In this document: positions 1 to 10,839 of the stretch, piece after piece | Numbering within the stretch: the stretch's first letter is position 1 | Layout of the letters: every line of letters begins with the position of its first letter | NCBI GenBank assembly: GCA_964019425.1 | Contig: OZ025787.1 | Span: 434,001 to 498,000 of the forward strand | Origin: Flectonema sp. DT1601 | Taxonomy: Eukaryota | Length of the DNA stretch: 64,000 nucleotides | Direction of reading: 5' to 3' | Notes under the pieces: generated by a model | Databases searched by the model: none | The model's input: the letters and a program-made list of their open reading frames with translations, nothing else | Told to the model about the DNA's origin: nothing | Translations under genes and position numbers: made by a program

Positions 1-414
1 GCAAGCGACACTCCTGTTTCTGACCGGGTTATCAGGGTATCTAACTCATGCAAGCATGAGAGCTTTTTTAAGGCTACTTGAATTATCAAGAGCGCAGTAC
101 TGCCCGAAGGGTTCCCGCGTGTCAAGATGCATTTGCATGTACTGAGCAGAAGTTCCAGAAAGATTACTTTTATCATTTCCCAAGTCATCACATCTTTGAC
201 CGTTTGTGTTATTGGCTTTCAATCAATCCATTATCATAAATTCACAGATGAGTGTGCTGAATAGAAAGTAAAACGGCACAAAGCTTTTGTCCAAGTGACA
301 AAAAAAATTGTTCAAGGTACCAGCATGTTCCCAGGAAAGAAGAAAAAGAAAAAAAAAAAAAAAAAAAAAAGGAAAAAAAAAAAGGGGGAAAAAAAAATTT
401 TTTTTGGCAGTGGA

Positions 415-663
415 AAAAGTTGTAACTTGTAGTGAACAGCGAAAAAAAATTTGCAACTTGTAGTGAATAGCGAAAAAAAAATTTCAACTTCTAGCGAATA
501 GCGAAAAAAAATTTGTAACTTGTAGTGAACAGCGAAAAAAAAAATTTTCTTTTACTGAACGGCGAAAAAAAATTATCACTTCTAGTGAACAGCGAAAAAA
601 AAGTTACTGCTTTTAGTGAATAGCGAAAATGACATTATCAGGCACCCCAATAGCGAAAATCTC
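415..663. repeat. Degenerate ~31-bp tandem repeat (about 8 units, core TAGTGAA(C/T)AGCGAAAAAAA), probably a transposon subterminal array
   Basis: Units such as GTAACTTGTAGTGAACAGCGAAAAAAAATTT recur from ~420 to ~660. The transposon assignment is inferred from the surrounding TE nest. Confidence 0.8.
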
Positions 664-1072
664 TTCTTTTTATTTATTTTTTAAAAAGAAAAAAAACGGA
701 AAATAGAAATTAGTCAACAAAGTCGAACGATAAAAAAAAAAAACAATGATAACATTGTTTATTCTTTTTTTTTTTTTTTTTATATTCTTTTTGAATTTCG
801 ATAAAGTGGGAAGTAACGGACTGGGAGCTTTTGGCTCCTGCCCTATTCCCGATGTAAACTTTCTTTTTATTTTTATTTTTTTTAACAGGCCCAAAGGGCG
901 ACAATGATGGTTGCTGACCAAGGAATAATATTCAAATGAATTTTCGTTTCAAAGAAACGAACAGAATTAAGAGAGAGGCAGAGAAAAAAAAAAAATAAAA
1001 AGAAAGAAAAGAAAAGAAAAAAAAAAATGAAGAGGAAATAATCAAACATGAAAAAAAAAAAAAATATATATA

Positions 1073-1851
1073 TCAGTCATTCTTTTTTTTTGCGAACAAA
1101 AAACACCATTTTCTCACCGCCTGAGCAAGGTTACACGATATGTTACTTTTGCTCGATTTTTTATTTTTTGGAATCGGGGAGGGTGCGATCTGTAAAATTA
1201 GGCATAGGGATATACTTTTAAACATGGTAAGTGTTGCTAAAAAGAGATAAACGTCTCTTTGCAAAATTTCCTTGGTACTACTCAATGATAAATATTAATC
1301 CCAGACCTGGAATGGAAAGATCGAGAAAATCTGAGTAAAAAACACCCCTAATTTTTTTTTTTTTACTATTTTTTTTCCCTTCTCCCGCACTCAAGAGATA
1401 TGCACCTTTTTACTAACAAATCAACCCTAGTGGCAATTATGTAAGGAAAATGTTGCATCTGTGGTGGTGATAATGATCATTAAGTATCAAAGTAGGTCCA
1501 AAAAGACAGGTAGTAACAATCTGCCTCACCGGCACATGCTTAGTACTCTTTAATATATTTTTGCTCGATTATTTTTTCTCTGGATCCCGCTGGACCAGCA
1601 GTGTAAAATTAGACCCTTCGATTAATTTTTAGTTTTGGTACTTGTCCACGGCTGAGCTGATTTAGTAAACCACAAAATCTCTTTTCTCAATTCGGGTGAC
1701 AAGTATGTGATGCCAAACTCCCGATTTCGGACGGAAATGAACCCAACGATGCAGCGCATTAAAATGCCGCTTCGATCGAAAAATTTACAATTTTTTTTTG
1801 AAAATCTTTTTCAATGTCCAAAATTTGTTCGCAAAAAAAAGGAATGACTGA
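1073..1851. mobile_element. Non-autonomous TIR element (MITE), copy 1, Tc1/mariner-like TA flanks
   Basis: Starts TCAGTCATTCTTTTTTTTTGCGAACAAA and ends TTTGTTCGCAAAAAAAAGGAATGACTGA (~28-bp TIR). Flanked by (TA)n; no convincing ORF. Confidence 0.85.
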
Positions 1852-1859
1852 TATATATA

Positions 1860-2637
1860 TCAGTCATTCCTTTTTTTTGCGAACAAAAAACACCTTTTTC
1901 TCACCGCCTGAGCAAGGTTACACGATATGTTACTTTTGCTCGATTTTTTATTTTTTGGAATCGGGGAGGGTGCGATCTGTAAAATTAGGCATAGGGATAT
2001 ACTTTTAAACATGGTAAGTGCTGCTAAAAAGAGATAAACGTCTCTTTGCAAAATTTCCTTGGTACTACTCAATGATAAATATTAATCCCAGACCTGGAAT
2101 GGAAAGATCGAGAAAATCTGAGTAAAAAACACCCCTAATTTTTTTTTTTTACTATTTTTTCCCCCTTCTCCCGCACTCAAGAGATATGCACCTTTTTACT
2201 AACAAATCAACCCTAGTAGCAATTATGTAAGGAAAATGTTGCATCTGTGGTGGTGATAATGATCATTAAGTATCAAAGTAGGTCCAAAAAGACAGGTAGT
2301 AACAATCTGCCTCACCGGCACATGCTTAGTACTCTTTAATATATTTTTGCTCGATTATTTTTTCTCTGGATCCCGCTGGGCCAGCAGTGTAAAATTAGAC
2401 CCTTCGATTAATTTTTAGTTTTGGTACTTGTCCACGGCTGAGCTGATTTAGTAAACCGCAAAATCTCTTTTCTCAATTCGGGAGACAAGTATGTGATGCC
2501 AACCTCCCGATTTCGGACGGAAATGAACCCAACGATGCAGCGCATTAAAATGCCGCTTCGATCGAAATTTTTACAATTTTTTTTTGAAATTTTTTTTCAA
2601 TGTCCAGAATTTGTTCGCAAAAAAAAGGAATGACTGA
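1860..2637. mobile_element. Non-autonomous TIR element (MITE), copy 2, near-identical to copy 1
   Basis: Same TIRs and internal sequence with only scattered substitutions. Separated from copy 1 by TATATATA and followed by TATATA. Confidence 0.85.
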
Positions 2638-3108
2638 TATATAAATAAAAAACGTTGTATGAAAAAGGAAAAAAAAGAAAAAAAAAGACCAGAAAAGGAA
2701 AGAGAAAATGAAAAGGTATAATATTATTGTGGGGATATGAGGGATAGCAGGGAGATGCTCTTTTTTTTTTTTTTTTTTTTCTTATTTATTATTTAAAAAA
2801 AGGAAACAATCAGTTTAGCGTCTCGATCAGGACGGAAAGTAGAAATTAATCGACATAATTGATCGATAGAAAAAAAACAATGATAACATTGTTTATTCTT
2901 TTTTTTTTTTTTTTTTTTTTTTTAATATTCTTTTTTATTTGTTTAAAAAAAAAAAAACAATCAGTTTAGCGTCTTGACCAGGACGTTCTTGTTACTCTAA
3001 CCAACAGGGAGTACCCGAAAGTACGCACCCGAGAGATATCATTATTACTAGTTCGTAGCGCACTACTAGTGGAGCACTCTTCTACAATAAATGTAGAAAG
3101 TGTGATAA

Positions 3109-4425
3109 CTAATTGTCAAAGTCTGATACATCTTCGAAGTCGTGAAGCTCTGGTGTTGATGAGCGTTGCGGGCTGTTCGTCTTGTCCGTCTCGCTTTTTT
3201 GTTCCAGCGTGGCTTCATCGTCCTGTTTGTTTCTCTTTTTCTGATTGCATTTTCTGAGAAGTGGCCTTAACGGACTTTGTGAGTTCAGCCTCTTAATAAT
3301 CTTCGACTTCTGTTTACTTTTGATCGTTGTAGTCATCCATTCCTTGACTTCTTCTAAAGTAATCTTTTGTAATGTTTTCGTTTCAATTTTATCTTCTTCC
3401 TTGTTTCTCTTGCCTTTGTTCAGATATTTATTGAATTGAATTATTTGTATCGGACTTTGAGAATTTAATATTTTGTTTTTAACTTTCGTCGGCGTTTCCT
3501 CTACAGACGGATTTTTGACATGAACCGTTTGTGTTATTAACTTGCCGCTTTTCTTGATAGATCGCATATTGGTTGTCTCTCTGTCCTTGATTACCGAGAT
3601 AACTTTATTATTCTCATTAATCTTTTCATTTGTAACTTCATATCTCGTCTTATCATCTTCATCTATATAAGTCGGATAGTCCTTTGAAGCTTTGAACAAT
3701 GAACATTTGGTTAAATGATGAATAATCGATTTTTTAGTCTTCCCACAGTATCGACATATTCTCTTGATATTATCTGTGTCTACATATGTCGGTTCTATAG
3801 ATCTTTGTGGCGGTGTGATAGGTGGCGTAATGCATGAGTTCTTGTTCTTCTTTGATGTCTCATCCGTATTGCCATTATCAGATGTGTTGGCGCAGGTATC
3901 ATTTTTCGTAGTGGTTTTAATCGCATTGATTATTTGATCTGTCGTGCAAGTTATTGTTGTCGGTTTCTGTGTTTTAGAAGTGTCAGTAATCTTGATCAAC
4001 TTTTTATCATTCTTGCCTTTTTTAACTTTCTTACTAGAGATCTTCTTGATTTTCTTGCTGCGTTTCGTATTGCCGAGATCCGTGGGTTTTGCCCGCTCAT
4101 CCAGTATCGTTATTGTATTGGCTCTTGTTACCGTGTGCATAGCTTCCTCTTTGTTCATACGTGTAATTGTTACAGGTGTGGTAGCATTAGTTGCAACTAT
4201 TACAGGTGTTGTTGTTCTAGGTGGAGTGAGATAGTATGTTGTAACTATCTTATTATCCTGTCTTTCCATCGAGAGATTACGAATCAACTCTCGATTATGA
4301 CCGTTCCAACATGTTTTAGGCTCTTGGGCTACTTTCTTTAAAGTAGGAGTCCTAATGTTGTATTTTACAGGATGTTTCACTTCTGTCTTAGGTGCCGTGG
4401 CGTTAGTCAACATTGGTGTATCCAT
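3109..4425 (-). CDS. Thr/Lys-rich 438-aa protein with one CxxC-x8-HHLTKC zinc finger, probably TE-derived
   Basis: Uninterrupted 1.3-kb ORF with motif CRYCGKTKKSIIHHLTKC. It lies opposite to the host gene strand and abuts the piggyBac fragment. Confidence 0.55.
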   Translation of the reverse strand: MDTPMLTNATAPKTEVKHPVKYNIRTPTLKKVAQEPKTCWNGHNRELIRNLSMERQDNKIVTTYYLTPPRTTTPVIVATNATTPVTITRMNKEEAMHTVTRANTITILDERAKPTDLGNTKRSKKIKKISSKKVKKGKNDKKLIKITDTSKTQKPTTITCTTDQIINAIKTTTKNDTCANTSDNGNTDETSKKNKNSCITPPITPPQRSIEPTYVDTDNIKRICRYCGKTKKSIIHHLTKCSLFKASKDYPTYIDEDDKTRYEVTNEKINENNKVISVIKDRETTNMRSIKKSGKLITQTVHVKNPSVEETPTKVKNKILNSQSPIQIIQFNKYLNKGKRNKEEDKIETKTLQKITLEEVKEWMTTTIKSKQKSKIIKRLNSQSPLRPLLRKCNQKKRNKQDDEATLEQKSETDKTNSPQRSSTPELHDFEDVSDFDN

Positions 4426-4439
4426 AAATGCATAACGAT

Positions 4440-5024
4440 GTTCCGGGGTATTCCTAAAAAGAGTTTGAGTTCAGCTACGTTAAGATTGAGTGCCTGATTG
4501 TAGTTGTTGCTGTAGTGCACAATCATCTTCATCACCGTTGGGGTGAACACCAGTTCAAATACCTGCAGTTCCTTCATCTTCTTCAGGTCTGACATGTTCC
4601 GCAGGGGCCTCCGAAACGTGTGTCGCTTTATCTTAGTGATTTTCTTGCTCCATTTCGGAGTGGAAATACTTTGCTCTATTGTACTCTCGTCATCGCTCGA
4701 GCAAGACTCAGGAGCAACCAAATCTGGGATAGATGACCCTACTGAATCATTTTCGCTAGACATGGTTTTAGGGATATTAATTTTTGGCTGAAAAGATAGG
4801 ATAGTCATGGGCAACCTGGCTAAGACTGTTCCCAGTGCAGAAAAAAAAAAATGAACTTTTTCTCAGAAAAAGCTGGTGATTTTTGCAGCACAATCCCACA
4901 TAAAATTTGTCGTTTTTTGGCAGCTCTGGCTCCACCCTTGTACTCACAAGGTACATTTTTCCCCTTTGTCAAAAAAAAAAAAAAACGCGAAAGGCCACTA
5001 TAGTGGCCTTCAGGGCTTAAAGGG
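4440..5024 (-). mobile_element. Truncated piggyBac element: 5' terminus plus N-terminal transposase fragment
   Basis: Minus strand reads TTAA|CCCTTTAAGCCC (TTAA 5025-5028, canonical CCC terminus). Subterminal 20-bp palindrome AAGGCCACTATAGTGGCCTT at 4991-5010. ORF 4407-4814 has an acidic N-terminus, then VFELVFTPTVMKMIVHYSNNY...LNVAELKLFLGI, typical of the start of the piggyBac DDE_Tnp_1_7 domain. No second end was seen. Confidence 0.8.
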
Positions 5025-5227
5025 TTAAAAAAAAAAAAACAAGCGGAATTGATCATAATGGGTGGTAGGGGTTGTTATAACTTCGTTTGAAAATTCTTCT
5101 TTTTTGATTTCTTTTTTTTTTTTTTTTTTTAACAGGAGTTAAGATCACTTTCAGGAGATAACACATAAACAAGAGCAGCAAGCTGAGTTGACACTAACAT
5201 TAAATACCAGGAATTAGTTGATAAGGA

Positions 5228-5329
5228 GGTATCTCAAGTGACTTGGTATCTCGAGTGTGTCGGTATCTCGGGAGTGCTGGTATCTCGTATGTGTTGGTAT
5301 CTCGTGTGTGATGGTATCTCTTGTGCATT
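5228..5329. repeat. Six 17-bp-period units with invariant core GGTATCTC
   Basis: Core starts at 5228, 5245, 5262, 5279, 5296 and 5313, with variable G/T-rich 9-nt linkers. Confidence 0.9.
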
Positions 5330-6554
5330 AGAAAAAGGAAAGACAGTGTTGCGCCCTCGAAAGTTGCAGAAGGAGAAGCTTCGGAGGGTTACAGCAACAC
5401 CGACGCCCCTAAAGCGCTACAAGATGCAAACGCCACAGAAATCAGGCTCCTACAAGAAAGCCATAGCGATAATTTCTTTTTTAGTCTAAACCCCAATCTG
5501 AGTTCCCAAGGCTCAGCTATGGTCCATTAATCACTTGCCGCTCTATGGCATGTTGATGCCATAGAGCGGTGAGGGACTTTCAACAGCGACGAAGGCCATA
5601 AACACACTGGCAACAGTGTAAAGACCGCGGTTTATGGATTCCCTCAGGCGGATGGGAAATTAACAACAACAAGAGAAGTCCCACAGTAAGATTTTATGAA
5701 TGTTAGCCAAACACATCTTCTCTCTCGCTTCTGTTTGTTATGACTAACAACAGAAGGAACAAATGATTGACAGGGCCGTGGCAAAAATTCACCACCCATT
5801 TGGAGTGATAATGGTGACTTGTCCTATCCAAGATTTTCTAATTTCAAGAGCCCCAATCAACTTACGAAAATAGGAATACCATTCAGTCGCAGTCGGTTGG
5901 GAAGCACCCTTTTTCAAATGGTGCAAAGCTCCCTGTTGGTCGTACCGTATAGCAACTTGATAGGGTTCTTCGGGGCCTTGTCATCATATGCGTAACATGA
6001 CACATACTTGTGCAAAAAGCTAAAGCTAAAGCTAAAGCTAAGCTTTTTATAGCTTTTTTTAGCTTTTTTTTAAAGCTTTTTTGAAAAAAAAATTTCAAAC
6101 AAAAAATACCTCATTTTTGGACATTTTTGGTATTTTTTTTGAATTTTTTTAGAAAAAAAATGGAAAGTTGTTGAAAATAAAGCAGTGGAAAATTGAAAAA
6201 CTGGCACTGTGGAGCTTGAAAGCATTTTTTTTTGAATTTTTTGAAAAAAAATTTATTCTCTCAGAATGTAAAAAAAAAAAAAAAAAAAATCACTTGAAGG
6301 GGAGTAAATTTTTTTTTTTTTAATTAAAAAAGCTAGTAACCAGTCTTATTTGGGTTTTTTTGGGGTCTTTTGGTATATTAGCAGCTAAATCTGTGAACAG
6401 AGCAAGTATATAAGGTAAGAGGTGTCAAAACTGCATAAATCCAAATTTCCCCTCCTTAATTTACCCCCCCCAGGTTCTTAAAAAATGTCAAACTACAGTA
6501 ACTTAACCTGTTGCAATGTGTTTTTTTTCTCCTTTCAGATCCATCTCTCCTACA

Positions 6555-7730
6555 ATGAATGCTCTTGAAACTCCGCTTGAGGCTGCTGAGCTGCAGCAAC
6601 TTGCATGTGACTTGCAAGTCGATGATCGAATCGTTCTGCGATTCAAGAAAGAGGCAGCGAAGAAGATAGTGGAATGGAGAGGCTATGTGCAAGTAGCCCG
6701 AGGATCAGGTGATAACAGGCATGTTGGTATCATGTATCGCCAAGATCCTGCCACTATCCTTCGATTTCCACCATCTGATGCTGATTTGGCATCAAATCCC
6801 TATCACTCAGTCACAGTGTATAGGGGGAATCTCTCTCACTTTCGACATCTTAGTCACTCAGCTAAGAAAGAAGGTAGTGGGGATGTAGAAAACTTAGTTG
6901 GAAACTGGCAAAAGGAGCAGTCATCATTCAGTAACATTTCTACTGACGATGGTATAACTGCAGTGGAAAAGTTGCAAGAACACCATCTTGTAGCCCAACA
7001 AAGCTACAGGGACTCTGAGTTCCAGGCATTCCAGGGTGCAATGCATGAAGAGCAGTTGCTGCTGCAGGAAGAGCATGAAGCAGTAACGCAGAAACTGCAG
7101 GAGTCAAACACTGCTGCTGAGAAGGAATTACTTAGCTTGCAAGATGAGTGCAGTGCCCTAAAGAAACAACATTCTTCCCTAGCGGAAGGGATTCAACTGC
7201 AGGTAGCACAAATTACACACGCAACTCTAGCAAATGTGTTGCAGACAGGCAGCTCAGAGAAAGTTACAGAGTTGGAAACAAGGGTTCTAGAGATTGAGAA
7301 CGAGAAGCGGTTACTTGAATCCGAACATGGGGAGATGGAAAATGAAGTGAAGCGACTAAAAGCAGAGGTAGATGATGCAGAACAGAAGTGCAGAGATGCA
7401 ACTGAGGTGTGGAATGCAAAGGAGGAGAGGATTCGCAATATCCTTGATAGTAAGCCGAAAGAGAGCATGCCTGAAGTACTTCCCAAGATACCAGCTGCGC
7501 CAATTCCACAGGAAGCTAAGGAGGGGGGATTGGAGGTTGGGACAACACAGGCTGACCGACCACTCTTTGGTGAGGGTGGTTGGTTTGTTGATAATGGGGA
7601 TAGGGGCAAGTGCAACATTTGCGGTGAGATTGCAGCATCTTGTGAAAGTGCAGGAGAAGAAGACTCAGAGGGCATTGACGCAGATGCTCTAGAGCAGATG
7701 CTCCAGGCTGCAGGGAAGGAGAAGCTCCTC
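6555..7730 (+). CDS. N-terminal coding region inside the hAT element: small beta-rich domain, coiled coil, partial BED-finger-like motif
   Basis: ORF 6516-7811, probable ATG 6555 after the CCTTTCAG acceptor. Motifs DDRIVLRF...EWRGYV...YRQDP...FPP, a heptad-rich middle, and GWFVDNGDRGKCNICG. Confidence 0.5.
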
Positions 7731-8698
7731 ACTATGTGCAGCACATTCATTGCAGCTGTTAATGAAGGATCTCATCAATGGTATCCCCCTCCTCTCAACG
7801 GCATACAATAAGGTGAAGGATCTGACAGAGGAGATGGCAACCCCCAAAAGGAAGGAGTTGTTCCTTGGGTGCAGAAGGGTCGAAAGGGAAGCCCTCTGCA
7901 ACTTAAACGCATAGGCAGTACCCGATGGAACACAGTGTACGACTGCTGGGTTCGGGCAGTGAGACTTGAAGATCTCCTGCTGAAACGCAAGGGGAAACAA
8001 CGTGCTGTGCAGCAGACATCGAGAAGATGAAAACTGCTGCAAAATTGGTGCAGCCAGTTGCATATGCAACTGATAACCTCCAGCGTGACTCGGCAGGGTT
8101 GCAGGATGTGCTGGGACAGCTGGAGTATGTGACACGGAAATGGAAAGCAATAAGTGATCCAAAGGTATCAAAATTGGTAAGCAGTGCACTGCAGTCCCTG
8201 AACACCCGCATTGTGTCTAACTTCAGTTTTGATGCTCTTAAGATGTTAAGGGCAATGCAGGGGATGGGTCTGAATGAGGAGCAGCAGAACCTGATGCAGC
8301 CTTACTTTGCAGGGTGGCTGGTAAGACATGGGTTCAGCACCACCCTTATCTCTGAGTTGTCAACAGCTACAGTAGAGAGGCAAAAGAAAGCACATCAGAA
8401 GAAGGATGCAGCAATATTCTGGAGGGAAATTGGTAGCAAGGTTGTTCCCCACCTTACACAGTTCTACATGTCACTGTGTAGGATCGCTGCATCAGAGGCA
8501 CATGTTGAACGGACATTCAAAGTGACATCCCGCCTACTGACAAAGCAGCGATCAAGAATGGTTCACAGACATGTTGATGCTATGCTGGTAGCGTGCAACA
8601 TGTTTAAGGTGTGTGCTGCTGACCCAATAAGGAAGAAGACAAAAAAAGCAGAAGGCCCTGCTGTGAAGAGGGTTAAAGACGAACTTTCCCAAGTTTAA
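7731..8698 (+). pseudogene. Frameshifted hAT transposase, C-terminal half
   Basis: CAAHSLQLLMKDL (CxxH motif, from 7735), GSTRWNTVYD (TRWN motif, ~7914-7943) and the dimerisation domain FWREIGSKVVPHL...AASEAHVERTF...QRSRM lie in three different frames. Confidence 0.88.
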
Positions 8699-9264
8699 TA
8701 ATTCCTTTCTACCCTCTTCTAATAACTGATATCACATGTCTAGCTTGTATTTTACTACTTCTGTGGTATAATTATTTAGTGAATTTATGGATATCTCCTC
8801 CTTTTAGTGACATTTTTTTAATCCAGGTAGGGAAAATGTGTGTTAAGGCAAGTATGGCGAAAAATCATACTCAGTGTTGATTGTAATAAGTAATAATTTG
8901 CCTGTCATATCAAAAAAAAAACATATTTCTCTCCCAACAGTACACATAGTTGAATTATGAAATGTTATCTTTGTAGATACCAGGTTGCGCAAATATCGAA
9001 AAATCACGTCACTTAACAGCTTAAATGAGCCAAAAAACACACAAAAACCTGTAGTGGTGGATACTGGAAATATTATAATTGGTGTTTTTTTTTTTCCCAC
9101 ACTTTTTTTCCTCACAAAACCAAAAAAAATATCAAAAAAGTACAGAAACATGCCAAAATTTCAAAAAAAAAAAATTTCAAAAAAAAGCTAAAAAAAGCTA
9201 GATAGCTTAGCTTTAGCTCCAAAAAGCTTAGCTTTAGCTTTTAGCTTTTTGCACAAGTATGTGA

Positions 9265-9435
9265 GTAGTGATAAAGGGATTCCATGTAGAAGAGATCTTT
9301 CAAATGGTGCTCAGTCTGGGGGATTTCGACAGGCTGCATCCTTGGGACACATCCAAGTTGGACAAAGAATGGAAGAAATGTCCAGAGATGAAAAAGTTCT
9401 CCGCTCACTCCATAAAAAGGGGAGCATCTTTCTAA
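9265..9435 (+). pseudogene. Tyrosine-recombinase fragment, TATE/VIPER (DIRS-like) type
   Basis: A frame absent from the ORF track reads VVIKGFHVEEIFQMVLSLGDFDRLHPWDTSKLDKEWKKCPEMKKFSAHSIKRGASF*. SAHSIKRGA matches the H-x-x-(R/K) box of tyrosine recombinases as recalled from kinetoplastid TATE/VIPER elements. Confidence 0.55.
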
Positions 9436-9620
9436 GTAACCACATGCTGTGAGTACAAGTCTGCTGTTGATGTGTTGTCTGTTTTATTAAATACTTGTTC
9501 TCTTTATATTTCATGTGTTGTGTTAACCTTGTTGTTGTTGCCTAGTGGAATGCATATATTTTTCGTATTAAATAAAGGATAAATAATAAACATCATCTCT
9601 TCTATTAGATTGTTATCAAG

Positions 9621-10571
9621 ATGCCATTCGTCAAGGTTCAGAAGAACAACGCGTACTTTAAGAGGTACCAGGTCAAGTATCGTCGTAGACGTGAGGGAAA
9701 GACTGACTACCTTCAGCGCCGTTTGTTGGTCACCCAAGCCAAGAACAAGTACCAGGCCGCCAAGTACCGTTTGGTTGCCCGTATCAGTAACAGACACGCC
9801 ACTTGTCAGATTGTCTCTGCTGAGTTGAAGGGAGACCGTACCCACGCGTCTGCCTACTCATGGGAACTTAAGGACTACGGTGTGAAGATTGGATACGCCA
9901 ACTACGCCGCTTGCTACGCAACTGGTCTCCTTCTTGCCCGTCGTATCCTCACCCTCAAGGGATTGGAGAAGAAGTACGAAGGTGTCAAGGAATGTGATGG
10001 CGAACACTTCCAGTTCGATGAGAAGAAGTACAAGAGAGAGAAGGATGGAAGCCGTCCATTCAAGGCCTTCCTTGACATTGGTCTTGCCCGCCCAACTATC
10101 GGAAACAGAGTTTTCGCATGTTTGAAGGGAGCTGTTGACGGTGGACTCAACGTTCCTCACAGTGACAAGAGATTCCCTGGATACAACCCATCGAACGGAT
10201 CCCTTGATGCTGAGACTCATCGCAGTCGTATCATGGGAGCTCACGTTGGTGAGTGGATGGAGGAGATGAAGGAAGAGGACCCTGACAAGTACAAGTGTCA
10301 CTTCTCCAGATACATCGCTGTCGGTATTGAAGACGTTGACGACTTGGAAGAGATGTACGTTAAGGTTCACGAGGAGATCAGAAAGAACCCTAAGGCCAGA
10401 AACCCAACTCAGGTCACCGCCGCCAGAAAGCAGAAGGCGTCCGAGAAGAAGCCACGTAGCTACAAACTCAAGGCCAACAGACCATACAACTTGGCCCAGA
10501 GAAAGTACCGTGCCAACCAAAAGGTTGATGCCGTCAGAAGAAGACTCGGAATGGAGAACCGTAAACCGTAG
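9621..10571 (+). CDS. RPL5: 60S ribosomal protein L5 (uL18), copy 1
   Basis: [64 protein letters not shown]; strongly biased codon usage. Confidence 0.98.
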   Translation: MPFVKVQKNNAYFKRYQVKYRRRREGKTDYLQRRLLVTQAKNKYQAAKYRLVARISNRHATCQIVSAELKGDRTHASAYSWELKDYGVKIGYANYAACYATGLLLARRILTLKGLEKKYEGVKECDGEHFQFDEKKYKREKDGSRPFKAFLDIGLARPTIGNRVFACLKGAVDGGLNVPHSDKRFPGYNPSNGSLDAETHRSRIMGAHVGEWMEEMKEEDPDKYKCHFSRYIAVGIEDVDDLEEMYVKVHEEIRKNPKARNPTQVTAARKQKASEKKPRSYKLKANRPYNLAQRKYRANQKVDAVRRRLGMENRKP

Positions 10572-10839
10572 AGCTTCTGATGTCTTCGAAACATTCAACA
10601 GATTGAATTCTAAAGTATCTCTCACGACAACCGGCGCCTACCAGTACTACGAACTAGTGCTGCCATCTGTTTGTGTTGTTGTGTTTTATTTATTTGGAAT
10701 TCCTCTGCTCTTGTTTTCGAGCGGGTCTTCACTAAAAAAAAAAAGAAAAACATCAGAAGACGTCGTTCGTTAAGTATGTCAGTTTCGTGGTCGGATTTGT
10801 TTAACGTTTCTCTCAAACCCTTTCAGTTGATTAATCAAT

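Larger units (their letters stand above)
6001..9263 (+). mobile_element. hAT-superfamily DNA transposon (defective) with TIRs and AAAGCT subterminal repeats
   Basis: Left end CACATACTTGTGCAAAAAGCTAAA matches right end TTTAGCTTTTTGCACAAGTATGTG. (AAAGCT)n and (AGCTTT)n arrays lie inside both ends, and it encodes hAT motifs. No 8-bp TSD is visible. Confidence 0.88.

Noticed and set aside
1..330. Coding-like sequence at the window start (open minus-strand frame)
   Set aside because: Truncated by the window edge with no identifiable motif; may be a TE interior but cannot be assigned.
3040..3075. Helitron 3' end (hairpin plus CTAG) on the minus strand
   Set aside because: The hairpin is weak, no convincing 5' TC boundary restores the piggyBac frame, and no Rep/helicase sequence is present.
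5228..5329. Repeat-spacer pattern as a CRISPR array (also the 31-bp array at 415-663)
   Set aside because: Repeats and spacers are far too short or mutually similar, there are no cas genes, and the context is eukaryotic.
7809..7811. In-frame TAA upstream of the TRWN motif as stop-codon readthrough or an alternative genetic code
   Set aside because: The true transposase path there uses another frame (CAAH...); it is explained by frameshift decay, and host genes terminate normally at TAA, TAG and TGA.
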